NCBI RefSeq assembly: GCF_016127575.1
Contig: NZ_CP066018.1
Location: 1,080,001 to 1,112,000, forward strand
Reading direction: 5' to 3'
DNA length: 32,000 nucleotides
Source of the DNA: Cupriavidus necator
GTDB lineage: Bacteria; Pseudomonadota; Gammaproteobacteria; Burkholderiales; Burkholderiaceae
Below, one piece after another: positions 7,175 through 18,352 of the stretch. Position numbers and translations under genes: made by a program. The notes under the pieces were generated by a model, which did not search any database, had not been told where the DNA came from, and saw only the letters and a list, made by a program, of their open reading frames with translations. The stretch's first letter is position 1; each line of letters starts with the position of its first letter.

Positions 7175-7513
7175 TCAGGACCCCGATCCAACCTGCTGGA
7201 CCACACCGTTGGGCGCCACCAGGTAATATTCCGCGCCAATCCCGACCCAGCGCGTGCCCTTGCGCGGCGCGGGCAGGTTGTATTGCTTGTAGTCGTCGAT
7301 CACATACTGGCGGTCCCTGAACTCGGTGGGCAGCCGGTCACCCTTCTTCCACTGCTGCACCTGCATATAAGGCGAGTTCTGCGCCGCCGGCGCGGAGGCG
7401 GCCATGGGATCTGCCATCGGCTTGGACTTGGCACCACCCTGCGCCATCGCAAACGGCGCCGCCAGCACGCTTGCCGCCAGCAACAGTGCCGGCATCGCTT
7501 TCTTGGTCTTCAT
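7175..7513 (-). CDS. RcnB-family periplasmic protein
   Basis: ATG 7513 is preceded by AAGGAGA. The product starts MKTKKAMPALLLAASVLAAPFAMA|QGG..., a signal peptide. The C-terminal WKKGDRLPTEFRDRQYVIDDYKQYNLPAPRKGTRWVGIGAEYYLVAPNGVVQQV matches the RcnB/YohN pattern (compare E. coli ...PGDTVPEMYRTDEYNIKQWQLRNLPAPDAGTHW...). Confidence 0.8.
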   Translation of the reverse strand: MKTKKAMPALLLAASVLAAPFAMAQGGAKSKPMADPMAASAPAAQNSPYMQVQQWKKGDRLPTEFRDRQYVIDDYKQYNLPAPRKGTRWVGIGAEYYLVAPNGVVQQVGSGS

Positions 7514-7910
7514 CGTGATCTCCTTGCGTACGGGAAAACCGAACTGCCGGAGGATCCGGACAGCATCTACCAGATTAGTCACAAATGCGGACAACTGCGG
7601 CATCCGCCGTCCATGCGCTGGCGCTCGATTTGACCGACGGGGCATTCGCGCCCTGACAGATTGTTCACAATTGTTTGCCGGTTGGCACCCATTGGGGGGG
7701 AGCCGCCGACGCCACCCGTGACTAGAATGGGTCCTGACAGAAACAATTTGTTACGGGCGGCCGCCACTCAGCTGTCAGCGGGCCGCGGCCCCGCGACCCG
7801 CGCCGCGGGCGCGTACCGCCCTCGATGTTCCCTGGCTTACGCCCTGTTCACGGCGCTTCGCACGCGGGCACCCGTCCCTGCCAGAGAACCATAAAAACTG
7901 GGGACTCTCC

Positions 7911-9083
7911 GTGTTGCACGATACTGGTCAATTCCTGGCCCTGGTCAATCCCGCCATGGCCATCCTGCTTTCGCTCTGCTTCCTGCTGGCCTGGAACCAT
8001 GAGCGCACGCGGCACTACCTGCTGGAGCTAGGTGCCTGCTATTTGCTGTACGCGGTTGCCATCACCTTGCAGATCATCTGGCAGCCGCGCAACGACGGCG
8101 GCAACGCCACCGTCACCGGTGCGCTCTACCTGGGCAGCGCCGTGCTGATGCTGCGTGGCATGCTGGCGCGCATCGGCGCGCGCGTCGATACCTGCGCGCT
8201 GGTGTCGCTGCCGCTGGCCCTGTTTGCTGCGCTTGCCTGGTTTGATTTCATGCAACCCCAGCTGGTCGCCCGCATCTGCATCCTGAATATCGGCATCGCG
8301 CTGATCCTGCTGCTGGGCATCGCGCCGCTGGCCCGCCTGCGCACAGGCAGCACCGCGGACCAGGTGCTGTTCTGGGTCTTCCTGCTGTTTGCCCTCCATT
8401 TCCTGCCGCGCACGGTGCTGACCATTGCTCCGGTCATCGGACAGGACGCTGCCGCCCTCACCCGCTCGGCCTACTGGCTGTGGCTGCAGGTCACCATGGC
8501 ATTGCTGCTGCTCACGCTGGCGTTGGCGCTGCTGGCGGCGACCACGCTGGACGTGATCGACGGCCTGCGGCATGAACGCGACACCGATCCGCTGACGCAG
8601 CTGCACACGCGCCGCAGCCTGGAGGCGCTGGCCGCGCGGGAAATTCCGCCACCTCAGGGCAAGCCGCTGAGCGTGCTGCTGTGCGATCTCGATTTCTTCA
8701 AGTTCATCAACGACAACTACGGCCACAGCGCCGGCGACGCGGTGCTGGCGCAAATCGGCCGGATCATCGCCGCCGGCATCCGGCGGCGCGATATCGCCGC
8801 GCGCCTGGGCGGCGAGGAGTTCGTCGTGCTGTTGCCCGATACCCCGCCCGATGCAGCCTTGCACCTGGCCGAACGCTTGCGCCAGACGCTGGAGAGCACG
8901 GAAATGGACGTCCTGCCGGGCATGCACACGGTGACCGCCAGCTTTGGCGTGGCCACGCTGCGGCCCGGCGAAGACCTGGAAGCCCTGCTGATGCGCGCGG
9001 ATAACGTGCTGTATGCGGCCAAGAACAAGGGCAGGAATTGCGTGGAGTGGGAACGGGAGGCCGGCTTGCCGGTGCTGGCATGA
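7911..9083 (+). CDS. Membrane-anchored diguanylate cyclase (GGDEF domain)
   Basis: GTG start. The N-terminal ~200 aa has multiple hydrophobic helices. The C-terminal GGDEF domain reads DPLTQLHTRRSLE...LLCDLDFFKFINDNYGHSAGDAVL...RRRDIAARLGGEEFVVLL, with an active-site GGEEF and an RxxD I-site 5 residues upstream. Confidence 0.85.
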   Translation: MLHDTGQFLALVNPAMAILLSLCFLLAWNHERTRHYLLELGACYLLYAVAITLQIIWQPRNDGGNATVTGALYLGSAVLMLRGMLARIGARVDTCALVSLPLALFAALAWFDFMQPQLVARICILNIGIALILLLGIAPLARLRTGSTADQVLFWVFLLFALHFLPRTVLTIAPVIGQDAAALTRSAYWLWLQVTMALLLLTLALALLAATTLDVIDGLRHERDTDPLTQLHTRRSLEALAAREIPPPQGKPLSVLLCDLDFFKFINDNYGHSAGDAVLAQIGRIIAAGIRRRDIAARLGGEEFVVLLPDTPPDAALHLAERLRQTLESTEMDVLPGMHTVTASFGVATLRPGEDLEALLMRADNVLYAAKNKGRNCVEWEREAGLPVLA

Positions 9084-9110
9084 TGCTGCCGTGCCTCCCG
9101 TCCGGCGCGG

Positions 9111-10046
9111 CTAAGCAACCGTGGGCGTGCCCACCACCGCAAACTCCGGCCCGTCATAGCTCTGCGCCACGGACACGCCGCCATCGAGCAACCGCTGGCT
9201 CCAGTGGTCGAGCGCCGCGCGCGCGGCCTGGCTGACATCGCGGCCCAGGGCAAGGCGGACGGCCGCCGGCGCTTCCAGCCCGAAGCTGCGGGTGGTTCCC
9301 CACGCAATTTGGTCCCGTTCGAAATCCCCGATCGCCTGCTCGACGCACAAGCCGCTGTCGGCCACCGCGGAAGCCAGGAAGACATCGGGATGCCTGCTGG
9401 TCCAGTCGACCACGTTGCCGATCTGGCGGATGCCCGCGGCACGGCAGGCGGCGATGGCGCCGTCGCGGCCGCCGTCGATCATCGCAAAGACGATATCTGC
9501 GCCGGCGCGGGCCTGCGCGGCAACCGCGTCGCCGGCCAACGCCGGATCGTGCTGGTTGCCGCAGAAGGTCGTGAGTGCCGGCAGGCCAGGCACTACGCTG
9601 CGCACGCCATGGAGAAACGCCGCGCGCCCCTTCAGCCCGGGGCGCACCTTTTCGCCCGACAAATGGGCGACCACGCCGGTGCGCGAATCCGTCGCCGCCA
9701 GCACGCCGGCAAGGAAGGCGGACTGTTCCTGCAGCACCTCATAGCTCGCGGTGTTGGCGCACAGCACGCTGCCCTGCGTGACCACGAAGCGCCGGGCGGG
9801 ATGGCGAGCCGCGGCAACAGAAACGGGATAGTCCCCCTGTCCGCCATGCGCAACGATCAGGTCCGGGCCGGTCTGGCACAGCGCCAGCAGCGCTGCTGCG
9901 CGCGCCTGCGGATCCGGATCGGCAATCCACGTCACCGCCACGTCGTGGCCGGCATTGCGTGCGCGCATGGCGCCGGCATGCCCGGCTTCATTGAAGCTGC
10001 CGCGTCCTTCGGGCCCGAACAGCACTACCTGGATGCGCGCGCTCAT
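9111..10046 (-). CDS. BMP-family (PnrA/Med-like) periplasmic-binding-fold protein without a signal peptide
   Basis: MSARIQVVLFGPEGRGSFNEAGHAG...ASYEVLQEQSAFLAGVLAA...GADIVFAMIDGGRDGAIAACRAAGIRQIGNVVDW... matches the BMP lipoprotein-family pattern. The N-terminus has no hydrophobic signal or lipobox. The start overlaps the upstream Bug gene stop as ATGA. Confidence 0.7.
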   Translation of the reverse strand: MSARIQVVLFGPEGRGSFNEAGHAGAMRARNAGHDVAVTWIADPDPQARAAALLALCQTGPDLIVAHGGQGDYPVSVAAARHPARRFVVTQGSVLCANTASYEVLQEQSAFLAGVLAATDSRTGVVAHLSGEKVRPGLKGRAAFLHGVRSVVPGLPALTTFCGNQHDPALAGDAVAAQARAGADIVFAMIDGGRDGAIAACRAAGIRQIGNVVDWTSRHPDVFLASAVADSGLCVEQAIGDFERDQIAWGTTRSFGLEAPAAVRLALGRDVSQAARAALDHWSQRLLDGGVSVAQSYDGPEFAVVGTPTVA

Positions 10047-11029
10047 GACAGCGTCGCCCCGGTTGCCACGACCACAGGACCCCAGGCCTGCGCCTGCTGG
10101 CGTACGTAGGCGGCAAACTCATCGGGCCGGCGCTCGGCCAGCACAAAGCCCTGGGCTTCCAGGCGGCCGCGCAGGGCCGGTTGTTGCAGGATGACCTGCA
10201 GTTGTTGATGCAAGCGTTGCACGATGTCCTCAGGCAGGTTGGCCGGCGCGGAGACGCCGACGAAGTTTTCGGCCACCAGGCCGGGATAGCCGGCTTGCGC
10301 CACGGTGGGCAGCTGGGGCGCCTGCGGCACGCGTTGCGCCGAGGTCACCGCCAGCAGGCGCAAGGCGCCGGACTGCAGCAACGGCAGGTTCTGCGGCAGG
10401 GCATCCACCGCAAACGGGATCTGTCCGCCGAGCAGGTCGGCGCGCATCGGACCCGCGCCCTTGTATGGCACATGGGTCAGCCGCAACCCCGCCTGCTGGC
10501 CAAACAGCTCGCCGACGATATGCGCCACCGACGCCGCCCCGCCGCTGCCGAACGGCACCGGCTCGCGCTGCGCGCGGATCCACGCCGCCAGCTCCGCGAG
10601 GTTGCGCGCCGGCACCGACGGATGCACGGCAAAGACGGTCGGCACCGCGCCGATGTAATGCACGTGCGTGAAGCTGCGTACCGGGTCGTAGGCGGGCCGC
10701 CTGAGCAGGAACGGCGAGATGCTCAGCGCCGCCGAGTTCGACATCAGCAGCGTGTAGCCGTCATTGGGCGCCGCGGCGACCGCAGCCGCGCCAATCGTCG
10801 ATCCCGCCCCCGGCCGGTTGTCGGTCACGAATGGCTGCCCCAGCTTTTCCTGCAGCACCGGTGCCAGCAGCCGCGCCACGATGTCGCTGGACCCGCCCGG
10901 CGGGAAAGTCACCACCAGCCGCACCGGATGGCGCGGCCATGCCGCGGCGCCGCTGTCCGCGCGCGCCGGCATCCCCGGCAATGCCGGCGCGGCCAGCGCC
11001 GCGGCAAGGAACTGTCTTCTCGAAATCAC
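10043..11029 (-). CDS. Bug-family (TctC-like) tripartite tricarboxylate transporter substrate-binding protein
   Basis: GTG start with a GGAGGG Shine-Dalgarno sequence. It has a Tat-like signal, MISRRQFLAAALAAPALPGMPARA. Typical Bug motifs are present: VVTFPPGGSSDIVARLLAP, NRPGAGSTIGAAAVA, and HVPYKGAGPMRADLLGGQIPF. Confidence 0.85.
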   Translation of the reverse strand: MISRRQFLAAALAAPALPGMPARADSGAAAWPRHPVRLVVTFPPGGSSDIVARLLAPVLQEKLGQPFVTDNRPGAGSTIGAAAVAAAPNDGYTLLMSNSAALSISPFLLRRPAYDPVRSFTHVHYIGAVPTVFAVHPSVPARNLAELAAWIRAQREPVPFGSGGAASVAHIVGELFGQQAGLRLTHVPYKGAGPMRADLLGGQIPFAVDALPQNLPLLQSGALRLLAVTSAQRVPQAPQLPTVAQAGYPGLVAENFVGVSAPANLPEDIVQRLHQQLQVILQQPALRGRLEAQGFVLAERRPDEFAAYVRQQAQAWGPVVVATGATLS

Positions 11030-11044
11030 GGTGGCCCTCCGGCT

Positions 11045-12121
11045 TTACAGGCGATGGCGCAGGCCGACGCCGCCGCCGAACTTGTTGCCACGCACGCCCA
11101 TGAAGGCGGGCAGCGCATAGCTGCCGCTGATGCGGTTGAAATCGGCTTCCGCATAGACGCTGGTGCGTCTGGACAAGCTGTACTCCGCCACGCTGGTCAG
11201 CATCAGCCGGTGGCCGCTGGCGGCGCTCTGCCGGTCATAGCCGGCCGCCAGCGACACCGCCAGCGCGGGCGTTGCCTGCACCGTGGCGCCGCCGGTCAGC
11301 ACATGGTTGCGGGTCGGGCTCAGGTGGTAGCGGTTGTCCAGGTAGCCGAGCGCCAGCTTGACACGCCCCAGCTGGCTGCTGCCGCCGATGCCCCAGATCG
11401 TGCGCTTCTCTTCGGTGGCCAGCGCATTGGTGCTCTGGAACAGGGCACCAATGTCGATCCGTGCCGTGGTCCAGGCCAGCGCCAGCCCCCGGCTGCTGCT
11501 GGCCGCCGCATCGCCCGGCACTTCGCCGAAGGTATAGTGCGCCGCCGCCGAGAACGCGCCCCACCTGCCCGCGTACTTCGCCATGTTGTCTTGCCGCGGA
11601 CCGGTATAGCCGTTAAGAATGGCCACCGCATCGAGATTGGGATGGCCATAGGGCTGGAAGCGGAAGGTCGCGTCATAGGCCGTGGTGAACTGGCGTCCGA
11701 ACGTCAGCTTCCCCCACGCCTGGTGCTCGATCCCCAGGTAAGACTGCCGGCCGAACAGCCGGCCTGTACCCTGCGTGCCAACCTGTCCGTAGTTCGACGC
11801 CGCGGTGCCTTGCAGCGAAGTACCCGAGGCCAGGTCGAAGCCGCTTTCCAGGTTGAACAGCGCCGACCATCCCGCACCCAGCGCCTCATTGCCGCGCGCG
11901 CCCCAGCGCGAACCGCTGAAGTAGCCCTCGCTCAGTTCAGCCAGGCGCTCGTCCCCGCGGTTGTTGTCCGAGTAGCGGACCATGGTGTCGATCAGGCCGT
12001 AGACCGATATGGAAGTCGATACTGATTGCGCCTGCGCCTGCTGCGTAACGCCGCAGCTCGCCCCCGCCAGCACGCCGGCAAGCGCCATGGCGTGACTGCG
12101 CCTTGTGTTCCCCACCTTCAC
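11045..12121 (-). CDS. Outer-membrane general porin (Gram-negative porin family)
   Basis: GTG 12121 (or ATG 12088). There is a signal peptide ending AQA|QS, followed by SVYGLIDTMVRYSDNN...FSGSRWGARGNEALGAGWSALFNLESGFD...GRQSYLGIEH..WGKLTFGRQ. This is the alternating beta-strand pattern typical of Burkholderiales trimeric porins. Confidence 0.8.
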   Translation of the reverse strand: MKVGNTRRSHAMALAGVLAGASCGVTQQAQAQSVSTSISVYGLIDTMVRYSDNNRGDERLAELSEGYFSGSRWGARGNEALGAGWSALFNLESGFDLASGTSLQGTAASNYGQVGTQGTGRLFGRQSYLGIEHQAWGKLTFGRQFTTAYDATFRFQPYGHPNLDAVAILNGYTGPRQDNMAKYAGRWGAFSAAAHYTFGEVPGDAAASSSRGLALAWTTARIDIGALFQSTNALATEEKRTIWGIGGSSQLGRVKLALGYLDNRYHLSPTRNHVLTGGATVQATPALAVSLAAGYDRQSAASGHRLMLTSVAEYSLSRRTSVYAEADFNRISGSYALPAFMGVRGNKFGGGVGLRHRL

Positions 12122-12236
12122 GCACCACCCTCAGTTTGCATACAAATTAAGAATGCAAAATATAGGGTGTGGCCGCACATCCGCATACGAATGTGTGCGC
12201 ATGAGGAAATGCGGTTTGCGCGGAAAATGCGGACAC

Positions 12237-12261
12237 AAAAAAGCCCGCTTATGCGGGCTTT
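12237..12261 (-). terminator. Rho-independent terminator of ssb
   Basis: On the minus strand, AAAGCCCGC-ATAA-GCGGGCTTT is followed by TTTGTGT. It lies 30 nt downstream of the ssb stop (12291-12293). Confidence 0.75.
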
Positions 12262-12290
12262 CGGGGGTGATGCTTGAAGCGAGTCCGTGC

Positions 12291-12830
12291 TCAGAACGGG
12301 ATATCGTCGTCCATATCCTCGAAACCATTCGAGGCGGGCTGCTGCGGCCGGCGCGCAGCGCCACCGCTCTGGCCGCCGCCCTGGCCGCCGCGGCCACCGC
12401 CGTAGCCGCCGCCCGACGCTTCGCGGCTGTAGCCACCACCGCCGCCTGCGCCGCCACCGTAGCCGCCTTCGTCACCGCCACCGCCGCCACCACCCTGGCG
12501 CGAGCCCAGCATCTGCATCTGGTCGGCAACGATTTCAGTGGAGTACTTGTCCTGGCCCGACTGGTCCTGCCACTTGCGGGTGCGGATGCGGCCTTCGATA
12601 TAGACCGACGATCCCTTGCGCAGGTACTGGCCGGCGATTTCGGCGATCTTGCCGAAGAACGAGACGCGGTGCCATTCGGTGGCCTCCTTCATCTCGCCGC
12701 TCTGCTTGTCCTTGTAGCGATCGGTGGTCGCCAGGCGGATATTGGTCACGGCGTCGCCGCTGGGCAGGTAGCGGGTTTCCGGGTCTGCGCCGAGGTTGCC
12801 GACGAGAATGACTTTGTTGACCGATGCCAT
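12291..12830 (-). CDS. ssb: Single-stranded DNA-binding protein
   Basis: ATG 12830 gives [90 protein letters not shown]..., an OB fold. This is followed by a Gly-rich linker and the acidic tip DMDDDIPF. Confidence 0.97.
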   Translation of the reverse strand: MASVNKVILVGNLGADPETRYLPSGDAVTNIRLATTDRYKDKQSGEMKEATEWHRVSFFGKIAEIAGQYLRKGSSVYIEGRIRTRKWQDQSGQDKYSTEIVADQMQMLGSRQGGGGGGGDEGGYGGGAGGGGGYSREASGGGYGGGRGGQGGGQSGGAARRPQQPASNGFEDMDDDIPF

Positions 12831-13012
12831 GAAATGTTCTCCAAAAGCCACGCGCTGTGTTGAAAAGCGTGGCAATACGATGACGGTAAAGCGGATGTAG
12901 TGTGACGCGATACTGCGGCGACGTAAACGAACATCGCGCCCCCGGCCAGACGTCGGGTGGCGCGATCATGCTAGGCCTTTTCCAGGCCGGATTCTTTACG
13001 ATGTGATGCGGA

Positions 13013-14263
13013 TCAGGCCGGCGTTGCCGGTGCAGCTTCCTGCCCGCGCGCCGGCGGCGCCTTCATGCTCCAGGCGATTATAAGCCAGAGCAACAGCACC
13101 ACCGCGCAACCGACGAACACGGCGCTGCGCCCCTCGTGCTTGAGCAGCCAGCCACCGGCCGCGCCGCCCAGGAACAGGCCCAGCGCCTGCGTGGTGTTGT
13201 AGACGCCCAGCGCCGCCCCGCGCGCGGCCGCGGCGTAGCGCGACACCAGCGAAGGCTGCATCGCTTCCAGCACGTTGAACGCGACGAAGAAGAGCAGCAG
13301 CACGCCGACGATGGCCCACAGCCCGTGCACGGCGGCAAACAGCAGCTGCACCGCGGTCATCAGCGCGACCGCGCCCAGCAGCACCGGGCGCACGCGGCCG
13401 TAGCGCTCGGCCGCCATCATCGGGCCCAGCATCAGCACGAAGGACACCAGCACCACCGGCAGGTAGACCTTCCAGTGCTGGTCCAGCGGCATGCCGGCAT
13501 CGGCCAGCATGGTGGGCACCACCATGAACATGGCCACCTGGGAAGCGTGCAGCGCCAGCACGCCGACGTTCAGGCGCGCCAGGTCGGCGTTGAGCAGCAC
13601 CTTGCGGAACGGCAGGCGCACCGGATGCGGCGGCGGCGGGGTCGGCACCAGGAACAGCGTCACGCCGATGGCCACCAGCCCCAGCACCGACATCAGCCCG
13701 AAGATGCCGGACATGCCGATGCTGTGCAGCAGCGGCGAGGCAATCACCAGCGACAGCGCGAAGGTCAGGCCGATGCTGCCGCCCACCATCGCCATCGCCT
13801 TGGTGCGATGCCGTTCGCGCGTCAGGTCGGCGATGCAGGCAGTGATGGCCGCGGAGATCGCGCCCGTGCCCTGCAGCGCGCGGCCGGCGATGATGCCGCT
13901 GAGCGTGTCGGAAAAGGCGGCCACCAGCCCGCCGGCGATGAACAGCAGCAGCCCGGCCACCATCACCGGCTTGCGCCCGATGCGGTCGGACAGCCAGCCC
14001 AGCGGGATGTGCAGGAATGCCTGCATCAGGCCATAGATGCCCATGGCCAGGCCCACGCGCTGGGCGTCGTGCCCGTCGGGCAGGCTGTGCGCGTATTCGG
14101 CAAAGACGGGCAGGATCAGGAACAGGCCCAGCATGCGCAGCGCGAAGATGCTGGCCAGCGACACGGCGGCGCGCAGCTCGGCGCGGGTCATGCGTTCGCG
14201 GGCGGGGGCCTGGGATGCGTCAGCGGCACCCGCACCCGGGGAAGAAGACTGGATCGACGGCAT
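13013..14263 (-). CDS. MFS transporter
   Basis: ATG 14263 inside track ORF 13013..14539(-), 416 aa. It has about 12 hydrophobic segments and MFS motif [14 protein letters not shown]. Confidence 0.85.
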   Translation of the reverse strand: MPSIQSSSPGAGAADASQAPARERMTRAELRAAVSLASIFALRMLGLFLILPVFAEYAHSLPDGHDAQRVGLAMGIYGLMQAFLHIPLGWLSDRIGRKPVMVAGLLLFIAGGLVAAFSDTLSGIIAGRALQGTGAISAAITACIADLTRERHRTKAMAMVGGSIGLTFALSLVIASPLLHSIGMSGIFGLMSVLGLVAIGVTLFLVPTPPPPHPVRLPFRKVLLNADLARLNVGVLALHASQVAMFMVVPTMLADAGMPLDQHWKVYLPVVLVSFVLMLGPMMAAERYGRVRPVLLGAVALMTAVQLLFAAVHGLWAIVGVLLLFFVAFNVLEAMQPSLVSRYAAAARGAALGVYNTTQALGLFLGGAAGGWLLKHEGRSAVFVGCAVVLLLWLIIAWSMKAPPARGQEAAPATPA

Positions 14264-14629
14264 TGCGATCGTGGGATCGTGGAATCTGTCAGGCTGGCTG
14301 CCGGTGCATCGCAACGGCAGTTTCGATCGGGATCGCGGGGGGAAGTTGCCGCCCGGAACCCGGGGCCGGCGGCGGCTTCGCCGGGCGCCTGCATGGCGCG
14401 GGCCACCCCGGAAACCGAAGTTGGGTATATTAACAGGTTTGCTCCTTCGCGCTTCCCGGGTCACCTGGCCATGCCAGCTGGCCCCCGGGCGTGTGCCCGG
14501 GCGCGCATTCCGGCCGTCGCCAGCGGTCGGAAGTGCCAAATACGGTACTTGTTTCTGGGTTTTGCGATTCCTTCAGACAGCCTTGCCAACCCCGGCAGGG
14601 CGGCCTGTCTGGCGACGACTTTTCGGCAT

Positions 14630-17491
<2,862 letters not shown>

Positions 17492-17616
17492 GGCCTTAGG
17501 AATTTTCGGATACAGGCCCGGGAAGAATTGTCGCGACTCGCTTACGCAAGCGATTGCACAAGTTGAGGTGTATCAAGATGAGGTGAGCTTGCCGCTGCTG
17601 AGGCGGGCCTGCCCCT

Positions 17617-18210
17617 TCAGTCCAGCCCGGCGTTGGGCAGCACCCGCGCGCGGCGCGGCGCTCCGCCCGGCTGCAGTTCGATCGCGACGCCGCCACCGCT
17701 GTCTGCGCCGTGGCCGCTCAGCGCGGTGATCACCACCTGGTGCGTGACCAGCAGGTAAGGCCCGCCGCGCGGATCGAGCCCGTCGATAAAGCGCGAAAGC
17801 TGCGCGGTCTGCGCTTCCCGGCGCTGTGCATCCGCGCCAAAAAATGAATTGAGCAATGGCTGGACCCGCACCGGACCCAGGTCGATCAGGCGGGCGGTGT
17901 CCTGGCAGCGGCACCAGGCGCTGCTGTAGACCCGCGTCGGCCGGAAGCCCGCCGCCTTCCAGCTGCTACCGAGCCTCGCCGCCTGCTGCCGGCCGTTCGC
18001 GTCCAGGTTGCGCTGGGTCGAACAGTCGTCCAGCTTGAAGCCCGGCGGATCGCCGACCCCCGGCGCACTCGCATGCCGCAGCACGACGACGACATTGGGG
18101 CGCTTCAGTTCACTGACGGCGATTTCGCCCTGTGATGCCGGAACGACCTGGGCGGCGGCCACGCACGGCGCCATGGCAAGCCATGCGAGGAAGAGGCGAA
18201 GAAGCGGCAT
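17617..18210 (-). CDS. Secreted histidine phosphatase-family protein (phosphoglycerate-mutase-like)
   Basis: ATG 18210 inside track ORF 17617..18804(-). The product starts MPLLRLFLAWLAMAPCVAAA|QV, a signal peptide. It continues VVVLRHASAPG (RH(G/A) catalytic motif)...YSSAWCRCQDTA...LLVTHQVVITAL (second His). 197 aa. Confidence 0.7.
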   Translation of the reverse strand: MPLLRLFLAWLAMAPCVAAAQVVPASQGEIAVSELKRPNVVVVLRHASAPGVGDPPGFKLDDCSTQRNLDANGRQQAARLGSSWKAAGFRPTRVYSSAWCRCQDTARLIDLGPVRVQPLLNSFFGADAQRREAQTAQLSRFIDGLDPRGGPYLLVTHQVVITALSGHGADSGGGVAIELQPGGAPRRARVLPNAGLD

Positions 18211-18352
18211 CGGCGTCTCCGGTGACGGGCCAGTCCATCCGGTATAGCAGGTACGCGTGCCATGCGAGGATCCCTGCCCGCTTGCATTCACCACCCCGCG
18301 CCCTACCATGAACCGGATGGCGGCAAGCCGCGCCGCCATTCTGGAGCCAGCC

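Noticed and set aside
7683-7698. Sigma-54-like TGGCAC element (TTGGCACCCATTGGGG) upstream of the GGDEF gene, and GGCACCATTGCA at 30868-30879.
   Set aside because: The first lacks the -12 TTGC element at the required spacing (it has GGGG instead). In the second, GG and GC are too close together (about 9 nt instead of 12). Neither fits TGGCACG-N4-TTGCW.
10181-12025. 614-aa plus-strand ORF. Similar long antisense ORFs occur at 16100..17332(-), 19052..20503(+), 8028..8927(-), 28724..29677(-), 27543..28634(-) and 21088..22140(+, the extension of the PfpI ORF).
   Set aside because: Each lies opposite a confidently identified gene (bug/porin, uvrA, the Na/Pi transporter, GGDEF, rpoN, lptB, LysE/apt). 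Each has Arg/Gln/His/Ala/Gly-dominated composition typical of non-coding frames in GC-rich DNA.
12135-12230. Inverted repeat TTTGCAT-N11-ATGCAAA (12135-12159) and repeated (G)AAATGCGG motifs upstream of the porin gene.
   Set aside because: These are plausible operator or promoter elements in an AT-rich spacer. They are short and have no known consensus to tie them to, so I note them without calling them.
14422-14437. Possible SOS (LexA) box TTGGGTATATTAACAG upstream of uvrA.
   Set aside because: Only the ACAG half-site and the AT-rich spacer match, and the CTGT half is TTGG. It is more likely an AT-rich -10-like element. It is discussed in a finding as the absence of a canonical box.
13136-14629. 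A 498-codon N-terminal extension makes uvrA look like a 1451-aa ORF (track ORF 13136..17491+).
   Set aside because: The extension is antisense to the MFS transporter gene. It is His/Arg/Gln/Gly-rich low-complexity sequence (…[23 protein letters not shown]…). UvrA homology starts cleanly at [15 protein letters not shown] (ATG 14630). This is a typical high-GC shadow frame.
17492-17616. Low-GC convergent spacer after uvrA with the hairpin TCGCTT-acgc-AAGCGA (17538-17553); considered as a bidirectional terminator.
   Set aside because: The stem is only 6 bp and there is no adjacent T or A run on either strand. This is too weak to call a terminator without transcript data.
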